In this document: positions 38,910 to 47,949 of the stretch, one piece after another
Position numbering within the stretch: position 1 is the stretch's first letter
Layout of the letters: every line of letters starts with the position of its first letter
Sequence record: NC_007023.1
DNA: 64,000 nucleotides
Strand: one strand, 5' to 3'
Source of the DNA: Escherichia phage RB43
Made by a program: the position numbers and the translations under genes
Notes under the pieces: generated by a model
The model's input: the letters and a program-made list of their open reading frames with translations, nothing else
Database searches by the model: none
Told to the model about the DNA's origin: nothing

Positions 38910-41032
38910 TGCTTGTAGAAAAACGCGACGGCAAAACCGTTGATTTTGATAAAGAAAAAATCCGTATTGCTGTAGAAAAAGCTGGCGGGACTATGACGGA
39001 TGCTGATGCCGCAATCATGCTGGTTCAGTACAATCAGATCCGCGATGGTAGCGCAATGAAGATCGCCCGTATCCAGGAACTCGTTGAAGAATCCCTGATG
39101 AAAACGAACCCAGCGGTCGCCCGTGCATACATCGAATATCGTCACGATCGCGATATTGCCCGTGAACAGAAAAGTAAGCTGTTCAAAGATATCTCCGGTA
39201 TGGTGAATCTGTCCAACAAAGAGATCACCAACGAGAACGCGAACAAACACGCAAGGGTATTCCCGACACAGCGCAATTTGCTGGCGGGTATTGTAGCGAA
39301 GCATTTCGCCCGTAATCATATCCTTCCGAAACATATCGTAGAAGCGCATGACTCCGGCGACATCCACTATCATGATCTGGATTACAGCCCGTTCACGCCA
39401 TACACAAACTGCTGTCTGGTGGATTTGAAAGGTATGCTGGCTAATGGCTTCAAGATGGGTAACGCAGACATCGAACCCCCGAAATCAATCGGTGTTGCGA
39501 CTGCTCTTATGGCACAGATCACCGCACAGATTGCTTCTCACCAGTACGGCGGGACAACCTTTGCAAACGTGGATAAAGTGCTGGCTCCGTATGCAGAAAT
39601 GACATATGAAAAGCATGTTAAGGATGCTAAAAAGTATAAAATTTCGTTAGATCGTACATATGCGATGGAAAAGACTGAAAAAGATGTGTTTGATGCTTTC
39701 CAATCGTATGAATACGAAGTTAACACGCTGCATACTGCCAACGGACAAACACCTTTCGTTACTATTACTTTCGGTACTGGTACGGGAATGTTTGAACGGA
39801 TGATCCAGAAAGCTATTCTGAAAAACCGTATCCGTGGCCTGGGTAAAAAAGGTATTACTCCGGTATTCCCTAAACTGGTTATGTTCATGGAAAAAGGCAT
39901 TAACCTTGATCCAGAGGATCGCAACTATGACATCAAACAACTGGCTCTGGAATGCGCTTCAAAACGTATGTACCCAGATATCATTAGTGCATATAATAAC
40001 CGTCGCATCACTGGTTCTAGCGTTCCTGTATCTCCTATGGGTTGTCGCAGTTTCCTTAGTGTGTGGCATGATGATAACGGTAATGAAGTTCTGGATGGAC
40101 GTAATAACCTGGGTGTGGTGACAATCAACCTCCCGCGTATTGCTCTTGAAGCACAATCGCAGGAAGATGAAGACGCACATGACGCATTCTGGCGTATCCT
40201 TGATGAACGTCTGGAACTGTGCTTTGAAGCCCTGATGACTCGCATCGATAGCCTACGCGGTGTTAAAGCCAGTGTAGCCCCGATCCTGTACACGGAAGGT
40301 GCATTCGGTGTTCGTCTGAATCCTGATGATGAAATCCTGGAACTGTTCAAAAATGGGCGTAGCTCTATCAGTCTGGGTTATATCGGATTGCATGAAACGC
40401 TGTTAATGTTCGGCTCCGGTCAACATCCGTTCGATCGTATTGGCTCTCAAAATGTGGGTAAACTGATTCTGGAATATCTACGCGCCGCGACCGAGGCATG
40501 GAAAAAGAAAACTGGATTTGGTTTCAGTCTGTATTCAACCCCTGCCGAATCTCTCTGCCATCGCTTCTGTAAGCTGGACTTTGAGAAGTTCGGGAGTGTG
40601 AAAGGGATCACGGATAAAGGCTGGTACACAAACAGTTTCCATCTGGACGTAGACCGCACAGTGACACCGTTCGAGAAAATCGACTATGAAGCCGATTATC
40701 ATTACATTGCATCTGCTGGTCATATCAGTTATGTCGAATTCCCTGATATGAAAAACAACCTGCAAGCCCTGGAAAAAGTCTGGGATTATGCAATGGAAAA
40801 ACTGGACTATTTCGGAACTAACCTTCCGGTCGATAAGTGCTTTGAATGTGGTGCTGATGATGAATTCACTCCTACAGAAGACGGTTTCCACTGTAAACAT
40901 TGTGGTAATCACGATCCGGCAAAAATGAGCGTTACACGCCGTACATGCGGTTATCTGGGTGCTCCTGCTGTCCGTGGTTTCAACGAAGGTAAGAACAAAG
41001 AAATGATGCACCGCACTAAGCATCAAAATTAA
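38909..41032 (+). CDS. nrdD: anaerobic ribonucleoside-triphosphate reductase NrdD
   Basis: 707 aa; ATP-cone N-terminus (VEKRDGK.V.FD..KI), conserved catalytic blocks, C-terminal CxxC...CxxC zinc site and glycyl-radical region; uninterrupted (no intron). Confidence 0.92.
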   Translation: MLVEKRDGKTVDFDKEKIRIAVEKAGGTMTDADAAIMLVQYNQIRDGSAMKIARIQELVEESLMKTNPAVARAYIEYRHDRDIAREQKSKLFKDISGMVNLSNKEITNENANKHARVFPTQRNLLAGIVAKHFARNHILPKHIVEAHDSGDIHYHDLDYSPFTPYTNCCLVDLKGMLANGFKMGNADIEPPKSIGVATALMAQITAQIASHQYGGTTFANVDKVLAPYAEMTYEKHVKDAKKYKISLDRTYAMEKTEKDVFDAFQSYEYEVNTLHTANGQTPFVTITFGTGTGMFERMIQKAILKNRIRGLGKKGITPVFPKLVMFMEKGINLDPEDRNYDIKQLALECASKRMYPDIISAYNNRRITGSSVPVSPMGCRSFLSVWHDDNGNEVLDGRNNLGVVTINLPRIALEAQSQEDEDAHDAFWRILDERLELCFEALMTRIDSLRGVKASVAPILYTEGAFGVRLNPDDEILELFKNGRSSISLGYIGLHETLLMFGSGQHPFDRIGSQNVGKLILEYLRAATEAWKKKTGFGFSLYSTPAESLCHRFCKLDFEKFGSVKGITDKGWYTNSFHLDVDRTVTPFEKIDYEADYHYIASAGHISYVEFPDMKNNLQALEKVWDYAMEKLDYFGTNLPVDKCFECGADDEFTPTEDGFHCKHCGNHDPAKMSVTRRTCGYLGAPAVRGFNEGKNKEMMHRTKHQN

Positions 41033-41035
41033 TCA

Positions 41036-41069
41036 AAAAGCCCCTTGCGAAAGTGAGGGGCTTTTGTTA
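41036..41069 (+). terminator. rho-independent terminator after nrdD
   Basis: AGCCCCTTGCGAAAGTGAGGGGCT hairpin followed by TTTTG. Confidence 0.7.
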
Positions 41070-41103
41070 TATTACACATACCGAAACGATGGAGGATGAA
41101 AAG

Positions 41104-41337
41104 ATGAAACTGACAAGAAAAATGACTGATGTTGTTGGGTGTGCATTCGCTTTGGGTTATGAAGTGAAAAATCATCCTACTCGTATTGAGATCATCAACC
41201 CTATCAAGGGTCGCGCGGGGTTGGTTCTGTGTGAAGATGGTACAGCATATCGTAATGATGTTCAGTTGGATCTGGCTATCGCTCTGCGTACCGCAAAACA
41301 AATGAAAGACGTGCTTATAGCAGGTGCTAAAAAATAA
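41104..41337 (+). CDS. hypothetical protein
   Basis: 77 aa from ATG 41104 with RBS GGAGGA; ORF track lists longer TTG/GTG version from 41053. Confidence 0.5.
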   Translation: MKLTRKMTDVVGCAFALGYEVKNHPTRIEIINPIKGRAGLVLCEDGTAYRNDVQLDLAIALRTAKQMKDVLIAGAKK

Positions 41338-41347
41338 GGGTTATATT

Positions 41348-41674
41348 ATGTACTGGACAAAAGACAAATTCGTGTTTCGTGATGATGAAAGTTTTGGCAC
41401 GGTATACCGAAATTTAGCTTTGCGTGGTAGTGCTTTATCACCAAATCAACTATCGTCTGTTGTAATGCCGATAAAGGTTACTCACTGTGACCGTTTTGGT
41501 GTCAATGGTCTTGTTGATTCCGCTGGCACTTCCTGGTATTCGAACTGTTCTTATCTGTTAGACAACAACGATCGTGATCTCTTCAAGAAAGCTGTCCCAG
41601 TTGTTAAGAAGTCAAGAATCTGGATGTTCAAAACTTCTGGACTGTGCGCATCTTCTGGGACGAGTTTACGTTAA
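41348..41674 (+). CDS. hypothetical protein
   Basis: 108 aa from ATG 41348; 3' end overlaps next ORF by about 100 nt in a different frame. Confidence 0.45.
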   Translation: MYWTKDKFVFRDDESFGTVYRNLALRGSALSPNQLSSVVMPIKVTHCDRFGVNGLVDSAGTSWYSNCSYLLDNNDRDLFKKAVPVVKKSRIWMFKTSGLCASSGTSLR

Positions 41675-41825
41675 TGGAAAACTGGTCACAAAACAGGGTG
41701 ATCTTGAAAAATATCTTCGTAAACAACGTGAAGTTGCGTTGAAAGAAACAGAAAAAACAGTCAATCGGTTGACCAAATCGTTAGCCGAAGAAACAAAAAA
41801 TCTGAAACTGTTACGGGGTGAATGA
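41574..41825 (+). CDS. hypothetical protein (GTG start, no obvious RBS; may be continuation of previous ORF via +1 shift)
   Basis: 83-codon frame, protein-like from ...YVNGKLVTKQGDLEKYLRKQREV...; no in-frame ATG. Confidence 0.3.
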   Translation: MISSRKLSQLLRSQESGCSKLLDCAHLLGRVYVNGKLVTKQGDLEKYLRKQREVALKETEKTVNRLTKSLAEETKNLKLLRGE

Positions 41826-42064
41826 TGTTTCCATTAAAAGCGCGTGTTCGCAACAAAACAGGAACACAGGAATGGATGGAATGTATACGGGAAACAAAAC
41901 ATTTCTACATTTCTCAGGCAGTGGACAACAACGGAAAGAACATCCGTTATAATAAAGTTGGTGGTAAACGTGTGGGTATGGATCAATATCTCCAGGTTGG
42001 TACTGTTCGGCCTGTCAACGTTCCATTTGATTTAAGAATTCCTAACGGTAAACCTGTGATATGA
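41822..42064 (+). CDS. hypothetical protein
   Basis: 80 aa, ATGA overlaps with flanking ORFs. Confidence 0.5.
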   Translation: MMFPLKARVRNKTGTQEWMECIRETKHFYISQAVDNNGKNIRYNKVGGKRVGMDQYLQVGTVRPVNVPFDLRIPNGKPVI

Positions 42065-42570
42065 TCGGGAAAATCCTTGATATCCTGTTTCCCTCCCGTG
42101 TACGTGAGCGGGAGAAACAACAACAATTCGACGACATGTTAGAAGAAGTTATGTTCAATTCTTTTATGATGTGGAAGAAAAAACGCGAAGACGAGAAGCA
42201 CCCAAACGCACAAATGGCAAAGGGTGTTTCTAAATGCGCGGTTGGTCGTTACTGGGTTGAAAAAGATTATATTGATCTGATAGGCGCTATAGCTCCTGGG
42301 GTAACGCTGGAAGACTTTTCCCGTGCAACGGGGCGTTCGTATACTGGCTGCATCAATCGTCTGCGTATGCTGTCTATAGTGGTGCGTAGCAAGAATTACG
42401 GATATCGTGATGTTATCCGTCCGGTGATTCCGGTAAGCCGATTAAAAATTCACACGGCTAACGGAAAAAGACTTGACCTGACGGATGAAATGTGTAGAAT
42501 AGGCTATATCAGAGAGGGGAAAGTGTTAAAAGCCCCTGAATGGCTCACTAAACAATTTGAAATAAGGTAA
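42061..42570 (+). CDS. hypothetical protein
   Basis: 169 aa ORF, start overlapping previous stop. Confidence 0.5.
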   Translation: MIGKILDILFPSRVREREKQQQFDDMLEEVMFNSFMMWKKKREDEKHPNAQMAKGVSKCAVGRYWVEKDYIDLIGAIAPGVTLEDFSRATGRSYTGCINRLRMLSIVVRSKNYGYRDVIRPVIPVSRLKIHTANGKRLDLTDEMCRIGYIREGKVLKAPEWLTKQFEIR

Positions 42571-42574
42571 TCAC

Positions 42575-43167
42575 ATGATTAAGAAAATATTTTCGTTCCT
42601 CAACAACAAAGTAGAAACCGTCATCGAGCAAAACACCTCCCCAGAGGACGCATGGCGTAGCGCTGCACGTATCCTGATCAAGAGATTGACCGTCTGCAAC
42701 ATACCCGCATCACGGCTGCTCATGAGATCGCGAAACTAAGCAAAAAAGTTGTTGAGCACAAAGCTCTGCATGAAAGCAAAGAAGCAGAAATCAAAAAACT
42801 GCTGGCTGCTTCTCAGGAAGTTTCAAACAGTCATTACATTCTGGCACTGCAACACCGCAATATCTGGCAGGGGTTGAAAGAAAAGATCAATGAACTGGCA
42901 GAAATGAACAAACAGATCGATCTGTCTGTTGTTGAACTCGATAAAAAACTGGCTGATGTCAAAATGAACCTGGAAATTATCGAACTGAACAAACAGACTG
43001 AAAGCCTGGGTCTGACTGTGCCGGAAGATGTGATTGCAAGCGTGGGTCATACCTCCGTGAACGTCGATACTATCGTAACGAAGATTGATGTTCTGCTGGG
43101 TGGTAAGAACGCCGCCTCCGTGACTTCCGCTGATGTAAGTGCATACATCGAAGCCCTGAAAGCATAA
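42575..43167 (+). pseudogene. coiled-coil protein gene with apparent -1 frameshift about 35 codons in (5' part 42575-42739 in one frame, remainder open 42661-43167 in the -1 frame)
   Basis: ATG 42575 ORF stops at 42739; -1 frame has no start until TTG 42874 yet encodes protein-like helix ...QEIDRLQHTRITAAHEIAKLSKKVVEH... from 42661. Confidence 0.4.
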
Positions 43168-43173
43168 TGAGGA

Positions 43174-43193
43174 AGGGGCGCAAGCCCCTTTTT
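43174..43193 (+). terminator. rho-independent terminator
   Basis: AGGGGCGCAAGCCCCT hairpin followed by TTTTT. Confidence 0.65.
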
Positions 43194-43197
43194 GCCT

Positions 43198-43395
43198 ATG
43201 TATTATATTGAGCGTGATGAATTCGATAATTACTTTGTTGTTGATACTGTCCGTATGATTCATGAACCTCTGCCGTTGACTTGGTACTATTTGACCGAAT
43301 CTAAAAGGAAGAGATCGCGAATCAAGTTTACAGAGATGCGCTGTATGCGAAAACCGATATCAAAAGCGCGGCAATACAATCCAAATGTGAATTGA
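43198..43395 (+). CDS. hypothetical protein
   Basis: 65 aa from ATG 43198. Confidence 0.4.
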   Translation: MYYIERDEFDNYFVVDTVRMIHEPLPLTWYYLTESKRKRSRIKFTEMRCMRKPISKARQYNPNVN

Positions 43396-44117
43396 TGAAA
43401 GCCCAAACAACAATCAATGTTAGTAGACTTCTTGTTGATGGCAATCAACCGTTTGGTTATAATTGTATAGAAGATGCTTATACAAAAGAGGATGAAAAAA
43501 TGATGTGGGAACCTGGATTATCTGAACCGAAAAAGAAATTGTCCTATTCTTCTTGGAAAGAAAAGTACAAAGAACCTTTACAACACCTTCCGTTCAAAGA
43601 AAAGATCTTTGAGTTGCTTAATCCACATACGTATTCTTCTTCGTCATGGGTGTATGAAGGTCCGATCCTCGTCGGTGGATTTCTGGGGTATGTTGTTGAA
43701 ACATATAAATTGAAAGATTCTCTTGATGCTATCATGAGTTCTCCGTACATTGAAGATGTTAGTATTCCATACATCGCTACATCACAATACAGCGCACCGG
43801 GTAATATATCTTCGGATCGTTTGCAAGTTATCGCCTCTGATAATAAGTTTAAGTTTTCTGATGTATCGAGAGGTAGCAGAACTGTACTGATTGCTCTTGA
43901 CATAACAACTTCTGATCAGGACAAAGTAAACCTTATCATTGCATGTGATAGTGTAACTGACGTTACTCAATATTTTGGCGATAATTTCGAACGCAGACTG
44001 AAAGCAAAACAGCTTGAAAAGTTCATTCATAGCTGTAAAAAGAACGTGATGGAAAAATATGATCCGTCACTATCATACACGAAAATTGATGATGACCTGG
44101 TAGGTGAATTATGTTAA
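43395..44117 (+). CDS. hypothetical protein (noticeably AT-rich relative to neighbours)
   Basis: 240 aa from ATG 43395; Lys/Ser-rich; composition differs from flanking genes. Confidence 0.5.
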   Translation: MKAQTTINVSRLLVDGNQPFGYNCIEDAYTKEDEKMMWEPGLSEPKKKLSYSSWKEKYKEPLQHLPFKEKIFELLNPHTYSSSSWVYEGPILVGGFLGYVVETYKLKDSLDAIMSSPYIEDVSIPYIATSQYSAPGNISSDRLQVIASDNKFKFSDVSRGSRTVLIALDITTSDQDKVNLIIACDSVTDVTQYFGDNFERRLKAKQLEKFIHSCKKNVMEKYDPSLSYTKIDDDLVGELC

Positions 44118-44392
44118 TGAATAGTGCTCAATGCAAAGCCCTGAACTTTTTGATCCATGAACTGATTGAATGCGACATTCCTTTTGAGTTCGTTGATCCA
44201 ATCAATTCAGAACACCGCGTTTCTCTTTTCTGGGCTTCTGGTGATAGCAGTATCGACGCGGTGAATAACATCGTTGAACGCGCACAGAAGGATAATGTTA
44301 TTGTGATGATTGGTAGCGTTAACGCCTCCACCTGGAACAATGCTGATGCGTATTTCATCGGATACAAAAAACCGTTGACAGTGAAAGCATGA
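44111..44392 (+). CDS. hypothetical protein
   Basis: 93 aa ORF overlapping previous stop. Confidence 0.5.
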   Translation: MLMNSAQCKALNFLIHELIECDIPFEFVDPINSEHRVSLFWASGDSSIDAVNNIVERAQKDNVIVMIGSVNASTWNNADAYFIGYKKPLTVKA

Positions 44393-44435
44393 TCGCGTAA
44401 TATGCCCCTGTAGACAACAATATAGGGGCTAAATC

Positions 44436-44627
44436 ATGAAAATCAAAAATACTGCTACTGAAAATCTTTGCAACGAAATCGCTGCGACCTACTGGAAAGA
44501 AGGTCATCCAAAGGCAATGAAGGATTTTCAAAAGTGGTGTGACACCCAGAAATTATCAAAATGGGAATACATCGTAATCGTGGAACGGATCAGAGAACTG
44601 ATCCTTGATAAGAAAGGTATAAAATGA
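44436..44627 (+). CDS. hypothetical protein
   Basis: 63 aa ORF preceded by a GC hairpin (44404-44431). Confidence 0.45.
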   Translation: MKIKNTATENLCNEIAATYWKEGHPKAMKDFQKWCDTQKLSKWEYIVIVERIRELILDKKGIK

Positions 44628-45154
44628 TTCAGCTTACATCATACACCAACGCGATCAACAGCCTGTTCCCAGAAGGGACAGAAGCACGGCTTAATTTACA
44701 GGCTGCTGTGATCAAAAACATCGTTGATAGCGTTGTCGGTAAGAAGGTGACGGAAGAAATCGATAACTGTATTGTCACCCATGTTAGCGCGATGATGCCA
44801 CCAAAGCATGAGATCGAAAAGATTGTTCAAAATCAATTTGCCGATTACATTCAGAAACGCTACACATACAGCAATGTGTTTGATGCTAATTACAGTGGCA
44901 TTCGTCAGATTAAAGACGTGATCACCGAAAACGTTAAACAGCAATGCGCTAACCTGATTGAATCTATCAAACTTGATGCGATCGACAGCGCAAGCAAAAA
45001 CCTCAAAGAAGGCGAAGAAGCGTTTATTGCTCGTGTAACCAAAAATCTAGAAGTGACGGTTCGTAAAGAAATCATCGCTCGCGTGAACACCCAGTTCCCG
45101 CAAATCATCGACGAAGCAATCAAAGCCCGTCTGTTCCCAGAGGATAAAGGCTGA
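44624..45154 (+). CDS. hypothetical protein
   Basis: 176 aa ORF, ATGA overlaps on both sides. Confidence 0.5.
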   Translation: MIQLTSYTNAINSLFPEGTEARLNLQAAVIKNIVDSVVGKKVTEEIDNCIVTHVSAMMPPKHEIEKIVQNQFADYIQKRYTYSNVFDANYSGIRQIKDVITENVKQQCANLIESIKLDAIDSASKNLKEGEEAFIARVTKNLEVTVRKEIIARVNTQFPQIIDEAIKARLFPEDKG

Positions 45155-45600
45155 TGAACTTTGACCGCATCTATAACATGGATGTGGTCAACGGTAAAGG
45201 AATCCGTGTGGTGTTGTTTGTAACCGGATGCAATCATAAGTGTGATGGTTGCTACAACAAAAGCACATGGAATCCACGCAACGGTAAACCGTATACCGAA
45301 GAGACTGAAAACGAGTTGATCAGACTCCTTTCAAATCCTCATGTGGACGGATTGACGCTTACAGGTGGCGATCCGTTTTACCGCACCAATCATCCTGTAC
45401 TGTTAAAACTGCTCCAGCGCGTCCGTAACGAGTTGCCTGGTAAGAATGTATGGGTTTGGACGGGGTACACCCTCGAAGCCTTACAGAGTGATACAGAACG
45501 TTGTAAGCTACTTCCTTTTATCGATGTTCTGATCGATGGGAAGTATGAAAAGATTTACCGACTAAGAAACCGTTTCGCGGTTCGGACAATCAGCGATTGA
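45154..45600 (+). CDS. nrdG: anaerobic ribonucleotide reductase activating protein NrdG (radical SAM)
   Basis: 148 aa; ...DRIY..D.VNG.G.RVVLFVTGC.HKC.GCYN.STWN.RNG......LTLTGGDP...WTGY...IDGKYEK... matches T4 NrdG with CxxxCxxC cluster motif. Confidence 0.9.
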   Translation: MNFDRIYNMDVVNGKGIRVVLFVTGCNHKCDGCYNKSTWNPRNGKPYTEETENELIRLLSNPHVDGLTLTGGDPFYRTNHPVLLKLLQRVRNELPGKNVWVWTGYTLEALQSDTERCKLLPFIDVLIDGKYEKIYRLRNRFAVRTISD

Positions 45601-45640
45601 TTGAGTTTCAAAAGGATTCAATCGAAATTAAAAATATCGC

Positions 45641-45668
45641 TTGACCTGGTTGGTGATTCTGATAAGAT
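45641..45668 (+). promoter_or_regulatory. putative sigma70-type early promoter
   Basis: TTGACC, 16-nt spacer, TAAGAT; upstream of ATG 45710. Confidence 0.4.
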
Positions 45669-45709
45669 GTACCTCGTAACAAAACATAAACTAATTGAGA
45701 GATAATATT

Positions 45710-46636
45710 ATGATCCTGAATTTCAAAACCCGTAAAGAAGCCCGTGAATACTGCTGGAAATGGGGCATTCCCCTGAAAAGCATCACCAAAACCGCTAACA
45801 GTTCAAATCTTCCGTGGCGCGTGACTACCGAAGAAACCATGTTTAAAACTGGTCGTGATTATGAACTGGTTGATGTTGAAGGGTTTACCAATAACGGCAA
45901 AAACAAAGCCAACGTTACCCAGGCAAAACAGATCAAACAACACCTGAACGGTGTGATCACTATCATCAGTAAAGACGGCGACAAGTTCGAATTCAAATCG
46001 CCTGAATGCGTAGTGATGGACATCGTGCGTCCGTGGGAAGCGGTATTCTTCAAAGAGGTCAAACCGACCGTCAATGCGAAACCACGTAGCGCTAAACCTG
46101 CACCTGTTCAAGCTGACACGGTTGATGCGGTAGTTGATGATCTGGATGCGGCGCTGGATGGGGGCGTAAACCTCGCACCTGTTGAAGCGGTAGCACAGGA
46201 AGCATGGCCTACCCTCTTTGTGTGCAACATCCCGTATGTTCTGATTGATGAAGCGGGTTTCATTGCTGCACATGGCGCAAATAAAACAATCGTTGATTTC
46301 ATGAAAGAAAATAACGGTGTTTTGACATTTGAATGTGTTGATTCCGATGGTGATGCTACTATCAAAACATTCAAGCGCAATATTCCGATGGTGATGCACA
46401 GCGAACGTAAATATTTCCGCGAACTGGGTACTGGTAAAGTTCCTGCTCCGGCTGTACAGGTTGTTGATGTAACCGAAGAAGTTAACAAGAACCTTCATGA
46501 ACGTAAGATCATTGAAGCTGCACAGAAAGTTGAAGACGCGTTAGCAGAACATCAAAAAGCGATCGTAGTCGTACAACAAGCCGCTCGTGCTGTTCGCGAA
46601 GCTGCACAAGAACTTGCGCTCCTGTCTCGTAAGTAA
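45710..46636 (+). CDS. hypothetical protein
   Basis: 308 aa from ATG 45710; followed by hairpin terminator. Confidence 0.55.
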   Translation: MILNFKTRKEAREYCWKWGIPLKSITKTANSSNLPWRVTTEETMFKTGRDYELVDVEGFTNNGKNKANVTQAKQIKQHLNGVITIISKDGDKFEFKSPECVVMDIVRPWEAVFFKEVKPTVNAKPRSAKPAPVQADTVDAVVDDLDAALDGGVNLAPVEAVAQEAWPTLFVCNIPYVLIDEAGFIAAHGANKTIVDFMKENNGVLTFECVDSDGDATIKTFKRNIPMVMHSERKYFRELGTGKVPAPAVQVVDVTEEVNKNLHERKIIEAAQKVEDALAEHQKAIVVVQQAARAVREAAQELALLSRK

Positions 46637-46644
46637 TACAATTT

Positions 46645-46674
46645 GGGGGTGCTGAAAAGCATCCCCTTTTTATT
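46645..46674 (+). terminator. rho-independent terminator
   Basis: GGGGTGCTGAAAAGCATCCCC hairpin followed by TTTTTATTT. Confidence 0.65.
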
Positions 46675-46685
46675 TGAGGTATATT

Positions 46686-47399
46686 ATGGAATTGTTAGCT
46701 GGAAAAACTTACGGGTTGACCGTATCCCCAGAAGTATTTGCAGAGAAAACCTGGAAAACTGGTATCGCTGCAATCATTCGTAACAAAGGTTACATTCTCA
46801 TTGACCGTACATCCATCGGTGAATTCGAAGATAAAGCGTTTGTGCTGGATGGTGAATTCGAATACGAAATCCCACAATCCGAATGGAAATGGTTTAAAGA
46901 AGTATCGCCGGAAGATGGTGAATTCGTCGAGAAAGAACCGGAAGTTAAATCCGACACCAAAGAAATGAACGGTTCTATTGCTCAGGACATAACTAAACTG
47001 GACATTCCAAACTACACATTTAAAGCTGATGGTGTCGGTACGTTTGAAATTAAACCATATAACCCGTATAAGAATCTGGATATTCAGATCGCGTTCGGTA
47101 AGTCTCTCGAAGAGATTCGTGTTGTTCCCGATCCGTGCGACAAATCAGGTGAATATTTGCGTTTCGCGTTGCAACACCTTTTCAATGGTGGTAGCATCTA
47201 TTACATCGATATGGAAAAATCTATCGATATGCAGGAAGAAAAGATTGCTGAACTGTTCAATCTGCATAACCGATTGGAAGCAGTCGAAAACATCGAAAAA
47301 CTGTTAGGTAAAGAGAAAGCAAGGATCTTGGAAGACCTCAAGCCATACGGAAAGAAAAATGAAAGTAGAAATTTACGGAATTCCCGAAAACATTCATAA
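46686..47399 (+). CDS. hypothetical protein
   Basis: 237 aa from ATG 46686. Confidence 0.5.
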   Translation: MELLAGKTYGLTVSPEVFAEKTWKTGIAAIIRNKGYILIDRTSIGEFEDKAFVLDGEFEYEIPQSEWKWFKEVSPEDGEFVEKEPEVKSDTKEMNGSIAQDITKLDIPNYTFKADGVGTFEIKPYNPYKNLDIQIAFGKSLEEIRVVPDPCDKSGEYLRFALQHLFNGGSIYYIDMEKSIDMQEEKIAELFNLHNRLEAVENIEKLLGKEKARILEDLKPYGKKNESRNLRNSRKHS

Positions 47400-47637
47400 G
47401 TGTTATGGATGTATCGAGGCACAAAAGCTACTTAACGAAAAAGGGATAGAATATCATTTTTATCCCGTTCTGAAAGAAGCAAAAAATGATTTAGGCTTTG
47501 AATACGATCGACCACGTATCGAAGAGTTAGCAAAACGGGCACGACAACGCAGTTTGGCGTTCCAGTATCCGAGAATTTTTGTCGATAATGTTCTTATCGG
47601 CGGTTATATGCAACTGAAACAACTTATTGGTGACTAA
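47359..47637 (+). CDS. glutaredoxin-like protein (NrdH/Grx family)
   Basis: 92 aa; MKVEIYG.P.N..KCYGC..A..LL...GIEY......RIFVDNVLIGGY..L... has CxxC and Grx-like fold signature. Confidence 0.65.
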   Translation: MKVEIYGIPENIHKCYGCIEAQKLLNEKGIEYHFYPVLKEAKNDLGFEYDRPRIEELAKRARQRSLAFQYPRIFVDNVLIGGYMQLKQLIGD

Positions 47638-47949
47638 ATGAGCCGTGAAATTTTACTCCCTGCTGCAAACGCTATCCACGCTGAAACAATGGAATACATG
47701 GAAAAGTTCGTCGAGAATGACAACACGGACATTATCACGCCAATCCATTTGGACGCACTGGAAAACAAACTGCATAAGAAAATTAAAGATCAGTTCCCAG
47801 AAAAAGTTAGTCGCAATTTTGTTCGTCAGGAAATTGTAGCAATGATCCTCAAACACTACGGGATCGAAATGTTCGGTGTTAAACCGATTGCATCAAAAAG
47901 CAATGAAATTTCTGAAAAGACGATTAAGAAATACGCTAAGAAGAAATGA
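47638..47949 (+). CDS. hypothetical protein
   Basis: 103 aa ORF starting 1 nt after previous stop. Confidence 0.5.
   Translation: MSREILLPAANAIHAETMEYMEKFVENDNTDIITPIHLDALENKLHKKIKDQFPEKVSRNFVRQEIVAMILKHYGIEMFGVKPIASKSNEISEKTIKKYAKKK

Noticed and set aside
38909-41032. Looked for a group I intron interrupting nrdD, as occurs in T4
   Set aside because: The nrdD reading frame is continuous over 707 codons with conserved N- and C-terminal regions; no interruption seen.
45803-46498. 231-aa minus-strand ORF
   Set aside because: Antisense to the plus-strand ORF 45710-46636, which fits the surrounding plus-strand operon with promoter and terminator; no independent support.
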